Of a stretch of 64,000 nucleotides of DNA, positions 11,131-20,394 are shown piece after piece. The translations under genes were made by a program, and so were the position numbers. Source of the DNA: an uncultured Bacilli bacterium (GTDB taxonomy: Bacteria; Bacillota_I; Bacilli_A; RF39; UBA660); assembly GCA_944367495.1 (NCBI GenBank), contig CALVWP010000004.1, forward strand, positions 6,202-70,201, given 5' to 3'. Position 1 is the first letter of the stretch; every line of letters begins with the position of its first letter. The notes under the pieces were generated by a model. The model was not told the DNA's origin. It did no database searches and worked only from the letters and a program-made list of their open reading frames with translations.

Positions 11131-11230
11131 TGATGTAAAAAGATACTAAAAAAATATAAAAATATTTAAAATAGTTATTTTATTATAAAACATATGAAAT
11201 AAATTTGAAATAGTTTGCCAAATTAATCTA

Positions 11231-11248
11231 ATGTTTCACGTGAAACAT
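11231..11248. promoter_or_regulatory. parS site 12, followed by a reverse-oriented DnaA-box 9-mer (TGTGGAAAA at 11266-11274)
   Basis: Exact palindrome. Confidence 0.8.
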
Positions 11249-11320
11249 TGGTACAAAAAAATACTGTGGAAAAAGCCAAAAACTATTGAAAAAAAATAAA
11301 AAATATTATATTATATCAAT

Positions 11321-11393
11321 GGTACAACACTTATGGCTGAACCAGGTCAGAATCGGAAGATAGCAGCCTTAAAGCCCTCTAAGCGTGTGTACC
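11321..11393 (+). ncRNA. ffs: Signal recognition particle RNA (small 4.5S-type scRNA)
   Basis: The conserved domain IV motif ACCAGGUCAGAAUCGGAAGAUAGCAGCC is present. Terminal helix GGUACA...UGUACC, followed by U6. The position is immediately upstream of tadA-dnaX. B. subtilis has scr between tadA and dnaX, so the placement here is shifted by one gene. Confidence 0.75.
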
Positions 11394-11412
11394 TTTTTTG
11401 TAGGTGATTTAT

Positions 11413-11826
11413 ATGAATGAATATATGCTTCTAGCACTCAAAGAGGCTAAAAAAAGTTTAAAAACAGATGATATACCAATAGGCGCAGTAATTGTAGAAA
11501 ATGATAAAATAATAGCTAAAAGCCATAATACAAGAGAAAAAACAAACATAATTACAAAGCATGCTGAAATAAACGCCATTGAAAAAGCTTGTAAAAAGAA
11601 AAAAACATGGCATTTAGATGAATGTGTACTTTATACAACATTAGAACCATGTCCTATGTGCTTAGAAGTAATCAAACAAGCTAGAATCAAAACAGTTTTT
11701 TATTGTGCAAAGCAAACCAAACAAATAAATTATAAAGAAATTAAATTTATTAAAATAGAAGATGTGGAAAACTATAGTGATTTATTGAAAAAATTCTTCA
11801 AAAATAAAAGAAAAAAAATAAAATGA
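11413..11826 (+). CDS. tadA: tRNA-specific adenosine deaminase
   Basis: HAEINAI and PCPMC zinc-binding motifs. Start moved to the ATG 6 nt after an AGGTGA RBS (the ORF track starts at 11404). Confidence 0.88.
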   Translation: MNEYMLLALKEAKKSLKTDDIPIGAVIVENDKIIAKSHNTREKTNIITKHAEINAIEKACKKKKTWHLDECVLYTTLEPCPMCLEVIKQARIKTVFYCAKQTKQINYKEIKFIKIEDVENYSDLLKKFFKNKRKKIK

Positions 11827-11956
11827 TGCGCATTAGAACAAAAAACATTTTTATCACATAAAAAATGTGGAAAACTATTCACAATATACATTAAAAAATC
11901 ATTTTAATCTTATTTAACTAATAAATATGATATAATAAACAAGTAGAGGTGGTAAA

Positions 11957-13660
11957 ATGTATCAAGCCTTATATCGAAAATATAGGCCAAAAACATTAGA
12001 TGATGTATGTGGTCAAGACATAATCGTTAAGATAATTAAAAATTCTATCATAAATGGTCAAATAAATCATGCTTACTTGTTTGCTGGTCCTAGAGGTACT
12101 GGAAAAACCAGTGTAGCTAAAATATTTGCTAAAATAATAAACTGTGAAAATCCCAAAGATTGCCAACCTTGTGGAAAATGTATAAGTTGTACTCAAGAAA
12201 ATAACAGTGATATTATTGAAATTGATGCCGCCAGCAACAATGGTGTTGATGAAATTAGAGAGTTAAAAAATAAAGTTAATCTTTTGCCAGCCTATGGTAA
12301 ATATAAAGTTTATATAATAGACGAAGTTCATATGCTAACTCAAGGTGCATTCAATGCCCTCTTAAAAACATTAGAAGAACCGCCAGAACATGTTATTTTT
12401 ATACTAGCTACCACCGATCCTCATAAAGTCATTGAAACTATATTATCTAGATGTCAACGCTTAGATTTCAAAAAAATAAGTATAAATGACATAGTTAAAA
12501 ATTTAACCAAAATTGCTAAAAAAGAAAAAATTGATATAAACCAAGATGCTATTATAGAAATTGCTAAACAGTCTGACGGTGGAATGCGCGATTCAGTAGG
12601 TTTGTTAGATCAAGCAAGAGCCTATACCGAAAGTAAAATAACTATAAAAGATATACATGATATTACAGGGACATTAACCGAAGAAGATTTAGTCGATATA
12701 TTAGAAAGTATTATTGATGAAAAATTAGATATAATTTTGGAAAAAATTGATAAATTCAATGATCAAGGAAAAAATTTTATTAAATTAATCGAAGAAATGA
12801 TTAATTTTTCAAGAAATATTATTTTATTCAAAGAAGCTCCAAATTATTTTAAAGAAAAAAATGAAAATATAGAAATATATGAACAACTTTCAAAAAAAAT
12901 TACCATCAGTAAGCTATTTAATATAATAGAAATATTAAATAAATATTCTTTTGAAATGAAAAACACAAGTAATAGCAAATTATTATTTGAATTAGCATTT
13001 ATAAAAATAATTTCTGAAAAGAGCAATCAAAATGTGGAAAAATTAGCCGAAAATCCTCAAAAAAATAATGGCAAAGAAAAGCAAATTATTTCATTATCAA
13101 AAGAAAGTGAAAAAAATGAAAAAATCCAGCCAAAAAGCGAACAAAAACCAAACAAAAATCAAGAATCAACACCTAAAAATCATATAAAAAATATCAAAGA
13201 AAACGAAAAAATAAAAGAATTAAAAAAAATAAGAATAGATAACACCCTCGCCTATTTTAATAAACAAGAAATGCGCTCAATTATTCAAAAACTCGAAAAA
13301 TTAAATGACTTATTATTAAATCCAGATTATAGTCATGCTGCCTCTATTTTGTTAGATGGTACCCTAAAAGCTGCTAGTGATAAGTATCTGATATTTATAT
13401 ATAAAACAGATAGATTATCAAACTTATTCAATGAAAATTTATTGGTTTTAGAAGAAACTATTGCCAAAATACTAAATAAAAAATATAATTTAATTGCAAC
13501 TGATATAAACGAATGGGAAACAATAAAAAATGAATTCAATAAAAAATTAAGATCCTTTGTTTATAAAGAAGAACCATATAAACTTGAAGATATTTTCAAA
13601 AACGATGAAAATACTGATAATATTCAATCTATGTTTGAAGATATCATAGAATATAATTAA
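11957..13660 (+). CDS. dnaX: DNA polymerase III subunits gamma/tau
   Basis: 567 aa. GPRGTGKTS Walker A motif, zinc module CQPCGKCISC, and dnaX-ybaB-recR synteny. Confidence 0.95.
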   Translation: MYQALYRKYRPKTLDDVCGQDIIVKIIKNSIINGQINHAYLFAGPRGTGKTSVAKIFAKIINCENPKDCQPCGKCISCTQENNSDIIEIDAASNNGVDEIRELKNKVNLLPAYGKYKVYIIDEVHMLTQGAFNALLKTLEEPPEHVIFILATTDPHKVIETILSRCQRLDFKKISINDIVKNLTKIAKKEKIDINQDAIIEIAKQSDGGMRDSVGLLDQARAYTESKITIKDIHDITGTLTEEDLVDILESIIDEKLDIILEKIDKFNDQGKNFIKLIEEMINFSRNIILFKEAPNYFKEKNENIEIYEQLSKKITISKLFNIIEILNKYSFEMKNTSNSKLLFELAFIKIISEKSNQNVEKLAENPQKNNGKEKQIISLSKESEKNEKIQPKSEQKPNKNQESTPKNHIKNIKENEKIKELKKIRIDNTLAYFNKQEMRSIIQKLEKLNDLLLNPDYSHAASILLDGTLKAASDKYLIFIYKTDRLSNLFNENLLVLEETIAKILNKKYNLIATDINEWETIKNEFNKKLRSFVYKEEPYKLEDIFKNDENTDNIQSMFEDIIEYN

Positions 13661-13678
13661 TAGAAAGAAGGAATAAAA

Positions 13679-13975
13679 ATGAATATACAAGCTATGATGA
13701 AACAAGCTCAAAAATTACAAAATGATATGTTAAATGAAAAAAAGCAAATTGATGAAAAAACATTTGAAGGACATTCTTCCATTGTTACTGTAAAAGTTAA
13801 AGGGACAAAAGAAGTCAGCGAAGTAAAAATAGACGCAGAAAAATTGGAAAAAGATGATATAGAAATGCTAGAAGACATGATTTTAGTTGCTATAAACGAT
13901 GCTAATCATCAAATTGACGAAGAAACTGAACGCAAAATGGGTAAATATACTAAAGGAATGCCAGGTCTTTTCTAA
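13679..13975 (+). CDS. ybaB: Nucleoid-associated protein YbaB/EbfC
   Basis: 98 aa. Typical YbaB N-terminus MNIQAMMKQAQKLQ. Lies between dnaX and recR. Confidence 0.9.
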   Translation: MNIQAMMKQAQKLQNDMLNEKKQIDEKTFEGHSSIVTVKVKGTKEVSEVKIDAEKLEKDDIEMLEDMILVAINDANHQIDEETERKMGKYTKGMPGLF

Positions 13976-14574
13976 TGAATTATCCAAAAACTATATTAAA
14001 TTTAATTGAATGTTTTAAAAAATTTCCCGGTATAGGTGAAAAAACAGCCGAAAGATTAGCTTTAGCAAGCCTAAATATGGATGAAGATATAATAAATCTT
14101 TTTAGCGCTTCCCTAAAAGATGGTAAAGAAAAAATAAAAAAGTGCCAAAAGTGTGGTAGTTTAACTGAAGATGATTTATGCCAAATATGCACTGATTCAT
14201 CTAGAGACATTTCTACTTTATGTGTTGTTGAAGAATGTAAAAATGTAATCTTATTTGAAAAAATAGGATCTTATAAAGGACTATATCATGTATTAGGTGG
14301 TCTAATTTCTCCATTAGATGGCATCAACCCAGAAGATATACATATTGATAAATTAATAGATAGAATAAAAAAAGAAAATATAAAAGAAGTTATATTAGCT
14401 ATAAAACCAAGTGTTGAGGGTGAAACAACCGCTTTATATATTAGAAAAATGTTAGAAGGAACTAATGTAAAAGTTTCTAAAATTGCCCACGGTATACCAA
14501 TGGGTGCTGACATTGATTATATAGATCCTCTAACCCTAGAAATGGCTATCGAAGATCGAACAACAATTTCATAA
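13975..14574 (+). CDS. recR: Recombination protein RecR
   Basis: 199 aa. C4 zinc finger CQKCGSLTEDDLCQIC and a Toprim domain. Confidence 0.95.
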   Translation: MNYPKTILNLIECFKKFPGIGEKTAERLALASLNMDEDIINLFSASLKDGKEKIKKCQKCGSLTEDDLCQICTDSSRDISTLCVVEECKNVILFEKIGSYKGLYHVLGGLISPLDGINPEDIHIDKLIDRIKKENIKEVILAIKPSVEGETTALYIRKMLEGTNVKVSKIAHGIPMGADIDYIDPLTLEMAIEDRTTIS

Positions 14575-14612
14575 AATGACTTTTTTTGCTATATAATTTA
14601 TTGAGGTGTTTC

Positions 14613-14798
14613 ATGCTTAATAAATTATTTAAAATATTCAAAAAATTTATCATGAGTTTTTTCATGCTATACGGTTATAATGTAATTGTCCCAGCCACCG
14701 CTATTATTCCAATTAATTTAATAACTGTATTATTAATCACTCTTTTCAGTATTCCCGCCTTTATTTTTTTAATTGTTATAAGATTAGTTGTATATTAG
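14613..14798 (+). CDS. bofA: Pro-sigma-K processing inhibitor BofA-like small membrane protein
   Basis: IIPINLITV...SIPAFIFLIVIR aligns with B. subtilis BofA HVPINLVTT...GIPGIAALVVIK. The position after recR matches Bacillus. Start moved to the ATG after a GAGGTG RBS (the track starts at a TTG at 14586). Confidence 0.55.
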   Translation: MLNKLFKIFKKFIMSFFMLYGYNVIVPATAIIPINLITVLLITLFSIPAFIFLIVIRLVVY

Positions 14799-14809
14799 GA
14801 GGAATTAAG

Positions 14810-15760
14810 ATGTTAGATAGTTATAAAGGATCACAACCTATCGCATATAAAATTTTAAAAAACGCTATTATAAACGATAAATGTTCTCACGCCTATTTAA
14901 TTGAAACAGGCGGTTTTTATGATTCTTTTGACTTTGTAATGTCTTTTATAAAATCACTCCTTTGTCCATATAATAAAACTCAAAAAGAAGATTGTGGAAA
15001 TTGTCATCAATGTGAGATCATCGATTCTGGAAATTTCCCGGAAATCGAAATCATTGAACCAGATGGTCAGTGGATCAAAAAAGACCAACTTCAAAATTTA
15101 CAAAAAGAATTTAATACTAAAGCTTTAATTGGAAATAAAAGAGTTTATATCATAAAAAAAGCTGATAGATTAAACAAAGCAGCTGCCAATTCCATTTTAA
15201 AGTTTTTAGAAGAACCAGATAATAATATAGTTGCTATTTTAATAACTGATAACATATACAACGTTTTATCGACAATTAGATCAAGGTGTCAAATATTAAA
15301 CTTAAAACCAACTAATATTGCCAAAGAAAACATTTCATGGTTAGAAAAAATAAAACAAATTCTCTTTAATCAAAAAAAAGAACTTCTAGATTTCGAAGAA
15401 ATTGATTTAAAGATTCAAAAAGTTATTGATTTTGTTTGTTATTATGAAAAAAATCATTTAAATACTATTCTTTATATAGGGAAAATATGGAATGATTATA
15501 TAAAAACTAAAGAAGAAATAGATATGTCTTTTGAAATAATGATAAACTATTATAAAGATGTTTTAAATTATATTCTAAATAAACCATTAGAAATATTTGA
15601 AACAAGTAATGAAATAAAAATGATTGCTGAAAAAAACAGTCAAACAGAAATTTGCCGAAAAATTAACGTTTTAGTTGAATTAAAACAATTAATAAAATAT
15701 AATATTAATCAAAGCTTATTAATGGACAAGCTAATTATGCGATTAGAGGAAGTGATATAA
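14810..15760 (+). CDS. holB: DNA polymerase III subunit delta'
   Basis: 316 aa. AAA+-like N-terminus with CGNCHQC zinc module. Follows recR and bofA. Confidence 0.85.
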   Translation: MLDSYKGSQPIAYKILKNAIINDKCSHAYLIETGGFYDSFDFVMSFIKSLLCPYNKTQKEDCGNCHQCEIIDSGNFPEIEIIEPDGQWIKKDQLQNLQKEFNTKALIGNKRVYIIKKADRLNKAAANSILKFLEEPDNNIVAILITDNIYNVLSTIRSRCQILNLKPTNIAKENISWLEKIKQILFNQKKELLDFEEIDLKIQKVIDFVCYYEKNHLNTILYIGKIWNDYIKTKEEIDMSFEIMINYYKDVLNYILNKPLEIFETSNEIKMIAEKNSQTEICRKINVLVELKQLIKYNINQSLLMDKLIMRLEEVI

Positions 15761-16551
15761 TGATAAATGTTGTCGGTGTTAGATTCAAACCGCATGGTCA
15801 AATATATTATTTTGACCCAGGAAAATTAAATTTAAAAAACAACATAACTGTCATCGTTGAGACCGAGCATGGATTGCAATTTGGAACTGTAGTAAATCCA
15901 AACATAGAAATAAATCCAGAAAGAATAACAAATAAATTAAAAAAAGTAATCAAAGTAGCTAATAAAAATGACTACTTAAAGCATAAAAAAAATTTAAAAG
16001 ATGCATCATTCGCTTTAAAAAAATGTCGCCAACTTGTAGAAAAACAAGATTTAAAAATGCATATTATCGATGCGAGCTATACCTTCGATCGCGACAAACT
16101 AATTTTTAGATTCTTTGCTGATAACCGTATCGACTTTAGAGAATTAGCTAAAGAACTTGCTTCAATATATAAAGTCAGAATAGAACTTCGTCAAATAGGA
16201 ATAAGAGATAAAGCTAAAGAAATTGGTGGCTACGGACCATGCGGACAAAAACTTTGCTGTGCCAGATTCTTAAAAGATTTGAATGCCGTTTCGATTAATA
16301 TGGCAAAAAACCAAAATATTGCTTTAAATCCAACTAAAATCAATGGTGTATGTGGTAGATTGATGTGTTGTCTAAAATATGAAGATGAAAACTATGAAGA
16401 AAATCGCCAGCACATGAAAAAAATTGGTGATAAAATAATGACTGAACACGGTGAAGGGACAATCATAAGTTTAGAAGTATTAAATCAAAAATATAAAGTA
16501 GATGTCCCAAACTACGGAATAGTAGAAGTGAATAAAGATGAAAGTAATTAA
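15760..16551 (+). CDS. ricT: PSP1-domain protein RicT (YaaT, stage 0 sporulation/RNase Y regulation)
   Basis: 263 aa. PSP1 C-terminal domain with conserved Cys cluster (GPCGQKLCC, CGRLMCC). Synteny after holB. Confidence 0.85.
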   Translation: MINVVGVRFKPHGQIYYFDPGKLNLKNNITVIVETEHGLQFGTVVNPNIEINPERITNKLKKVIKVANKNDYLKHKKNLKDASFALKKCRQLVEKQDLKMHIIDASYTFDRDKLIFRFFADNRIDFRELAKELASIYKVRIELRQIGIRDKAKEIGGYGPCGQKLCCARFLKDLNAVSINMAKNQNIALNPTKINGVCGRLMCCLKYEDENYEENRQHMKKIGDKIMTEHGEGTIISLEVLNQKYKVDVPNYGIVEVNKDESN

Positions 16552-17257
16552 TTATTTATTGGGTTATGAAAATCTTAAAATAATTCAAGATAATGAAATG
16601 TTTAATTTCTCTTTAGATTCCGTTTTATTACCTAATTTTATTACTATAAATGAAAATGTTAGAAACATATTAGACATAGGTACTGGAAATGCTCCAATAC
16701 CTTTAATACTATCTACAAAAACAAATGCCAATATTATAGGTATAGAAATACAAAAAGAAGTAAGTGAAATGGCTAAAGAGTCAGTAAAAATGAACAATTT
16801 AGAAAATAGAATAACTATAATTAATGAAGATGCCAAAGAATATAGCAAGTCCGCCACTTCAGAATATTTTGATATAATAACTTGTAACCCGCCATATTTT
16901 GAAGTATTAGAAACCTCAAAATTTAATAAAAACGACTATAAAACAATTGCTAGACATGAAGTTAATTTAAATTTAGAAGATATTTTAAAAATAGCGCGAA
17001 AACTTTTAAAAAACGGTGGTACGTTAGGTTTAGTACATAGACCAGAAAGATTAATTGATATTTTAATAACTATGAGAAAATATAACATTGAACCTAAAAA
17101 AATAAGATTAGTTTACCCTAATAAAAATAAAGAGGCCAATATATTATTAATTGAAGGCAAAAAAAATGGTAAAAAGGGATTGAAAATATTACCACCTTTA
17201 TATAGTCATAATAATGATGGCAGTTACACAGATGAAATAAAAAACTATTTTAAGTGA
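16538..17257 (+). CDS. N6-adenine methyltransferase, YabB/TrmN6-like tRNA1(Val) m6A37 MTase
   Basis: 239 aa. NPPY catalytic motif (CNPPYF), SAM-binding glycine-rich region, position before rsmI. Confidence 0.75.
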   Translation: MKVINYLLGYENLKIIQDNEMFNFSLDSVLLPNFITINENVRNILDIGTGNAPIPLILSTKTNANIIGIEIQKEVSEMAKESVKMNNLENRITIINEDAKEYSKSATSEYFDIITCNPPYFEVLETSKFNKNDYKTIARHEVNLNLEDILKIARKLLKNGGTLGLVHRPERLIDILITMRKYNIEPKKIRLVYPNKNKEANILLIEGKKNGKKGLKILPPLYSHNNDGSYTDEIKNYFK

Positions 17258-17267
17258 GATGATATAA

Positions 17268-18104
17268 ATGATACAAAAAAGTTATGATGGATCCCCTACT
17301 TTATATATCGTTCCAACGCCTATTGGAAACTTAGAAGATATAACAATTAGAGCTTTAAACATCTTAAAAGAAGTAGATATTATATTTGCCGAAGATACAA
17401 GAACAACCAAACAATTATTAAATCATTTCGATATAAATAAAAGATTAATATCTAGTCATTTATATAATGAAAATAAAAATGAAACCAAAGAAATTGAATA
17501 TTTAAAAAAAGGCAAAAATGTTGCCATAGTAAGTGATAGAGGAACCCCTGTAATCAGTGACCCCGGTTATATATTAGTAAAAAATGCCATTGAAAATGGT
17601 TATAATGTTGTTTGCTTGCCCGGTCCCACAGCTCTTATACCGGCTTTCGTTATGTCAGGCTTAAGTGGTGGACCGTTTACCTTTTATGGGTTTTTAAACA
17701 GTAAAGAAAGTAAAAGAAAAAAAGAACTAGAAATTTTAAAATCTAACCCCTACCCTATAATATTATACGAAGCACCTCATAGACTAATTAAAACCTTAAA
17801 TAACATTTATGAAATTTTGGGAAATAGAAAGATAGCTATTGTCAGGGAAATAAGTAAGAAATATGAAGAAGTTATAAGAGATAATGTGGAAAACATCCTT
17901 AAAACTGTGGAAAATTTAAAAGGAGAAATTGTAATCGTTGTTGAAGGAAATAAAGAACACCAAACCTTTAGTACTCTATCTATTAAAGATCATGTTAATT
18001 TATACATAGAAGATGGTTTAACCCCGAATGAAGCTATAAAAAAAGTCGCTAAAGAACGTAGTGTTCCTAAAAGCGAAATTTATAATGAATATCATAATTT
18101 ATAA
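17268..18104 (+). CDS. rsmI: 16S rRNA (cytidine1402-2'-O)-methyltransferase
   Basis: 278 aa. Tetrapyrrole-methylase fold motifs YIVPTPIGNLEDIT. Synteny. Confidence 0.9.
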   Translation: MIQKSYDGSPTLYIVPTPIGNLEDITIRALNILKEVDIIFAEDTRTTKQLLNHFDINKRLISSHLYNENKNETKEIEYLKKGKNVAIVSDRGTPVISDPGYILVKNAIENGYNVVCLPGPTALIPAFVMSGLSGGPFTFYGFLNSKESKRKKELEILKSNPYPIILYEAPHRLIKTLNNIYEILGNRKIAIVREISKKYEEVIRDNVENILKTVENLKGEIVIVVEGNKEHQTFSTLSIKDHVNLYIEDGLTPNEAIKKVAKERSVPKSEIYNEYHNL

Positions 18105-18116
18105 GGCTAATAAACC

Positions 18117-18338
18117 TTATTTTTTTGTATCAAATTTATATTCGGTTAATCCTAAAATATAATCAGCAGATACATTAAGTATTTTGCAAATCTTAGGTAA
18201 ATAAGTCACCGGCATAACATTTATTCCCTTTTCGTATCTTGCATACTGTTGCTGTTTAATTCCAAGTTTATAAGCCATTTCTTTTTGAGTAATATTTTGC
18301 TTATCTCTTTCAAATGCGATTTTTTCATTGTAATACAT
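18117..18338 (-). CDS. XRE-family helix-turn-helix transcriptional regulator (74 aa)
   Basis: HTH motif ITQKEMAYKLGIKQQQYARYEKG. Start set to the internal ATG with a GGGGTGATGA RBS. It is divergent from the frameshifted gene at 18441. Confidence 0.7.
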   Translation of the reverse strand: MYYNEKIAFERDKQNITQKEMAYKLGIKQQQYARYEKGINVMPVTYLPKICKILNVSADYILGLTEYKFDTKK

Positions 18339-18440
18339 CTCATCACCCCACGATATCATTTTAAAAATTTTTACAACACAAATGTTGAAAAATGAACACA
18401 TGTGTTGTAAAATATAATTAACAGTAAATGAGGTAAACAT

Positions 18441-19327
18441 ATGAGAAAAGTAAGAAGAAGTAGAAGAAAAAACAAAGAAAAATATTAATTATAGGAACTT
18501 TATCGTTTCTACTATTTTTATGCGGAGGATATGCTGCGTTCAATACTTCCCTATCTTTAAATGCTAAAGGTAATATAAAGCAATTGAATGGCGCTAAAAT
18601 GTTAAGAAAACAATGCAATACAGAAACTGGAGATGGATTATATAAAGATATATATGAAGAAGGTAAATGCACTTATAAAGGAGCCAATCCCAATAACTAC
18701 ATAAAATTTAATAATGAAATATGGAGAATATTATCAGTAGAAGTCGATGGTAGAATAAAAATCATTAGAAATGAAAGTATTGGAAATAGAGCATTTGATT
18801 CAGAAAATAATAACGCATGGGAAGAGTCAGAACTAAAAATATATTTAAATGGTAAATATTTCGAATCTATAATGACAAATCAAGATAAAATAGAATCTAG
18901 TACATGGAGTATTGGGGAAATAAAAGAAAACAATAATAATTTAAATGAACAAATATCGGATGAAAATAAAATTCAATCACAAAATACCAGTGTAGGGTTA
19001 ATTACGGCCAGTGAATATATAAGAGCAAATAATGACATAACAAACTGTGGGAATATGAACCTGAATAATATAAATAGGACAATTTGTAAAGAAAAAATTG
19101 GATTTATACTATTGTCCCTCAAAAAGGTTATTTATGGACAATATCAAATAATATTAATGGTGGTGTTTTTGACATAATTGCTGATATATATAACCCGAGT
19201 TTAATTAATCTACATGATTTTCCATCAACTGATCATGTGGGGGTAGCGCCAAGCATTTATCTTTCAGCAGATGTAACATTATCAGGAACAGGTTCAGAAA
19301 TAGACCCTTATATAATTACAAATTAAA
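18441..19327 (+). pseudogene. Membrane-anchored secreted protein gene broken by two +1 frameshifts at A6 tracts (18467-18472 and 19092-19097)
   Basis: Three frame segments: MRKVRRSRRKNKEKY*, then KKKQRKILIIGTLSFLLFLCGGYAAF...NAWEESELKIYLNGKYF...ICKEK, then NWIYTIVPQKGYLWTISNNINGGVFDIIADIYNPSL...SGTGSEIDPYIITN*. Adding one A at each tract restores a single ORF of about 296 aa. Confidence 0.65.
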
Positions 19328-19338
19328 AAGTATAAAGA

Positions 19339-20283
19339 TTAACCTTTATACTGTCCACCATTGATATGAAATACTTGCCCTGTGGTATAAGAAGCATCAT
19401 CACTAGCTAAATAAACGTAAATTGGTGCAATTTCATATGGATCCGCACATCTTCGCATATCAGAATCTGCTCCTAAAGTTGGAATCTTGTTAGGCATCCA
19501 GCAGCTAGGTTGTAAAGCTGTCCAAAAATAACCCGGTGCGACGGCATTAACCCTAATATTTTTAGTAGCTAAATTAGTCGCCAAAGCTCTAGTAAATCCA
19601 ACAATTGCTCCTTTACTTGTCACATAATCAATCAGTTCTGGTTCTCCATAAAAAGTTGTCACTGAAGTAGTATTAATAATAGATCCGTTTCGCATATATG
19701 GCAAAACAGCTTTAGTTAAATAAAACATAGAATATATATTAGTTTTCATTGTATAGTCAAACTGTTCGTTAGAAATATCTTCTAACTTTTTTTGTTGGAA
19801 TTGTACGCCTGCATTGTTAACTAAAATATCTATATGTCCAAATTTTTCCACAGTATTTTTAGCCACCATTTTACAAAAATCTGCCTCTTTCAAATCCCCA
19901 GAAATAAGCAAACATTCCCCACCTAAAGCTTCAATATATTGTTTTGTATATTCTGCATCCACATGTTCATTATAGTAAACAATAACAACTTTTGCCCCTT
20001 CTTTTGCAAAATAAATAGCTACTGCCCTACCTATTCCTGAATCACCGCCAGTAATAATAGCTACTTTCTCTTTGAGTTTACCACTCCCCTTATAATTAGG
20101 ATTATCAAAAATAGGTTTAGGTTCCATTAAATACTCCATTCCCGGTTGAACACTTTGATATTGCGGGGCTGCTTTTATTTTATATTCTTTTCCCAGCACC
20201 CCCTCATTACATTCATTCACGTATAAAAGTCCATAATTATCATTTAAATTACAACTTTTACATCCAAAATTTTCATTCATCAA
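19339..20283 (-). CDS. Short-chain dehydrogenase/reductase family oxidoreductase (general-stress-protein-39/YhdF-like)
   Basis: 314 aa. TGGDSGIGRAVA Rossmann motif and a catalytic Y-x3-K. Confidence 0.85.
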   Translation of the reverse strand: MMNENFGCKSCNLNDNYGLLYVNECNEGVLGKEYKIKAAPQYQSVQPGMEYLMEPKPIFDNPNYKGSGKLKEKVAIITGGDSGIGRAVAIYFAKEGAKVVIVYYNEHVDAEYTKQYIEALGGECLLISGDLKEADFCKMVAKNTVEKFGHIDILVNNAGVQFQQKKLEDISNEQFDYTMKTNIYSMFYLTKAVLPYMRNGSIINTTSVTTFYGEPELIDYVTSKGAIVGFTRALATNLATKNIRVNAVAPGYFWTALQPSCWMPNKIPTLGADSDMRRCADPYEIAPIYVYLASDDASYTTGQVFHINGGQYKG

Positions 20284-20394
20284 ATCATCCCCATTTCTAA
20301 AATATTCTATTCAAAATTAGAAAAAAGGACTAAATATTTTAAAAAATTTAAAATATGATATAATATTATCGTCGAGACAAAGAAGGTGAAACTC

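Larger units (their letters stand above)
9590..11248. repeat. Array of 12 perfect 18-bp palindromes ATGTTTCACGTGAAACAT (core is the parS consensus TGTTTCACGTGAAACA)
   Basis: Exact copies start at 9590, 9664, 9775, 9846, 10079, 10210, 10443, 10575, 10746, 10981, 11113 and 11231. The whole region is non-coding. Confidence 0.9.

Noticed and set aside
9590-11248. Considered whether the regularly spaced identical palindromes are a CRISPR array.
   Set aside because: The repeat is a perfect 18-bp palindrome. Spacing is irregular (70-235 bp). The spacers are themselves near-identical ~385-bp direct repeats. No cas genes or leader are present. The parS identity explains the motif.
9590-11248. Considered the palindrome as a cre (CcpA), CodY, CRP/FNR-type or Rex operator.
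   Set aside because: The half-sites and spacing do not fit. cre is centred on CG with a different flank, CRP/FNR types need a 4-6 nt spacer, and CodY sites are AATTTTCWGAAAATT. The sequence matches parS exactly.
9587-11320. Expected an rRNA operon or tRNA genes downstream of gyrA, as in many Firmicutes.
   Set aside because: No 16S/23S-like conserved stretches or tRNA cloverleaf signatures (GGTTCGAATCC-type T-arms) are present anywhere in the window. The region is the parS repeat array instead.
18418-18672. 84-aa minus-strand ORF overlapping the start of the frameshifted gene.
   Set aside because: It overlaps the divergent promoter region and the 5' end of the plus-strand gene, lacks an RBS, and its composition is dominated by poly-Phe/Leu from AT-rich sequence.
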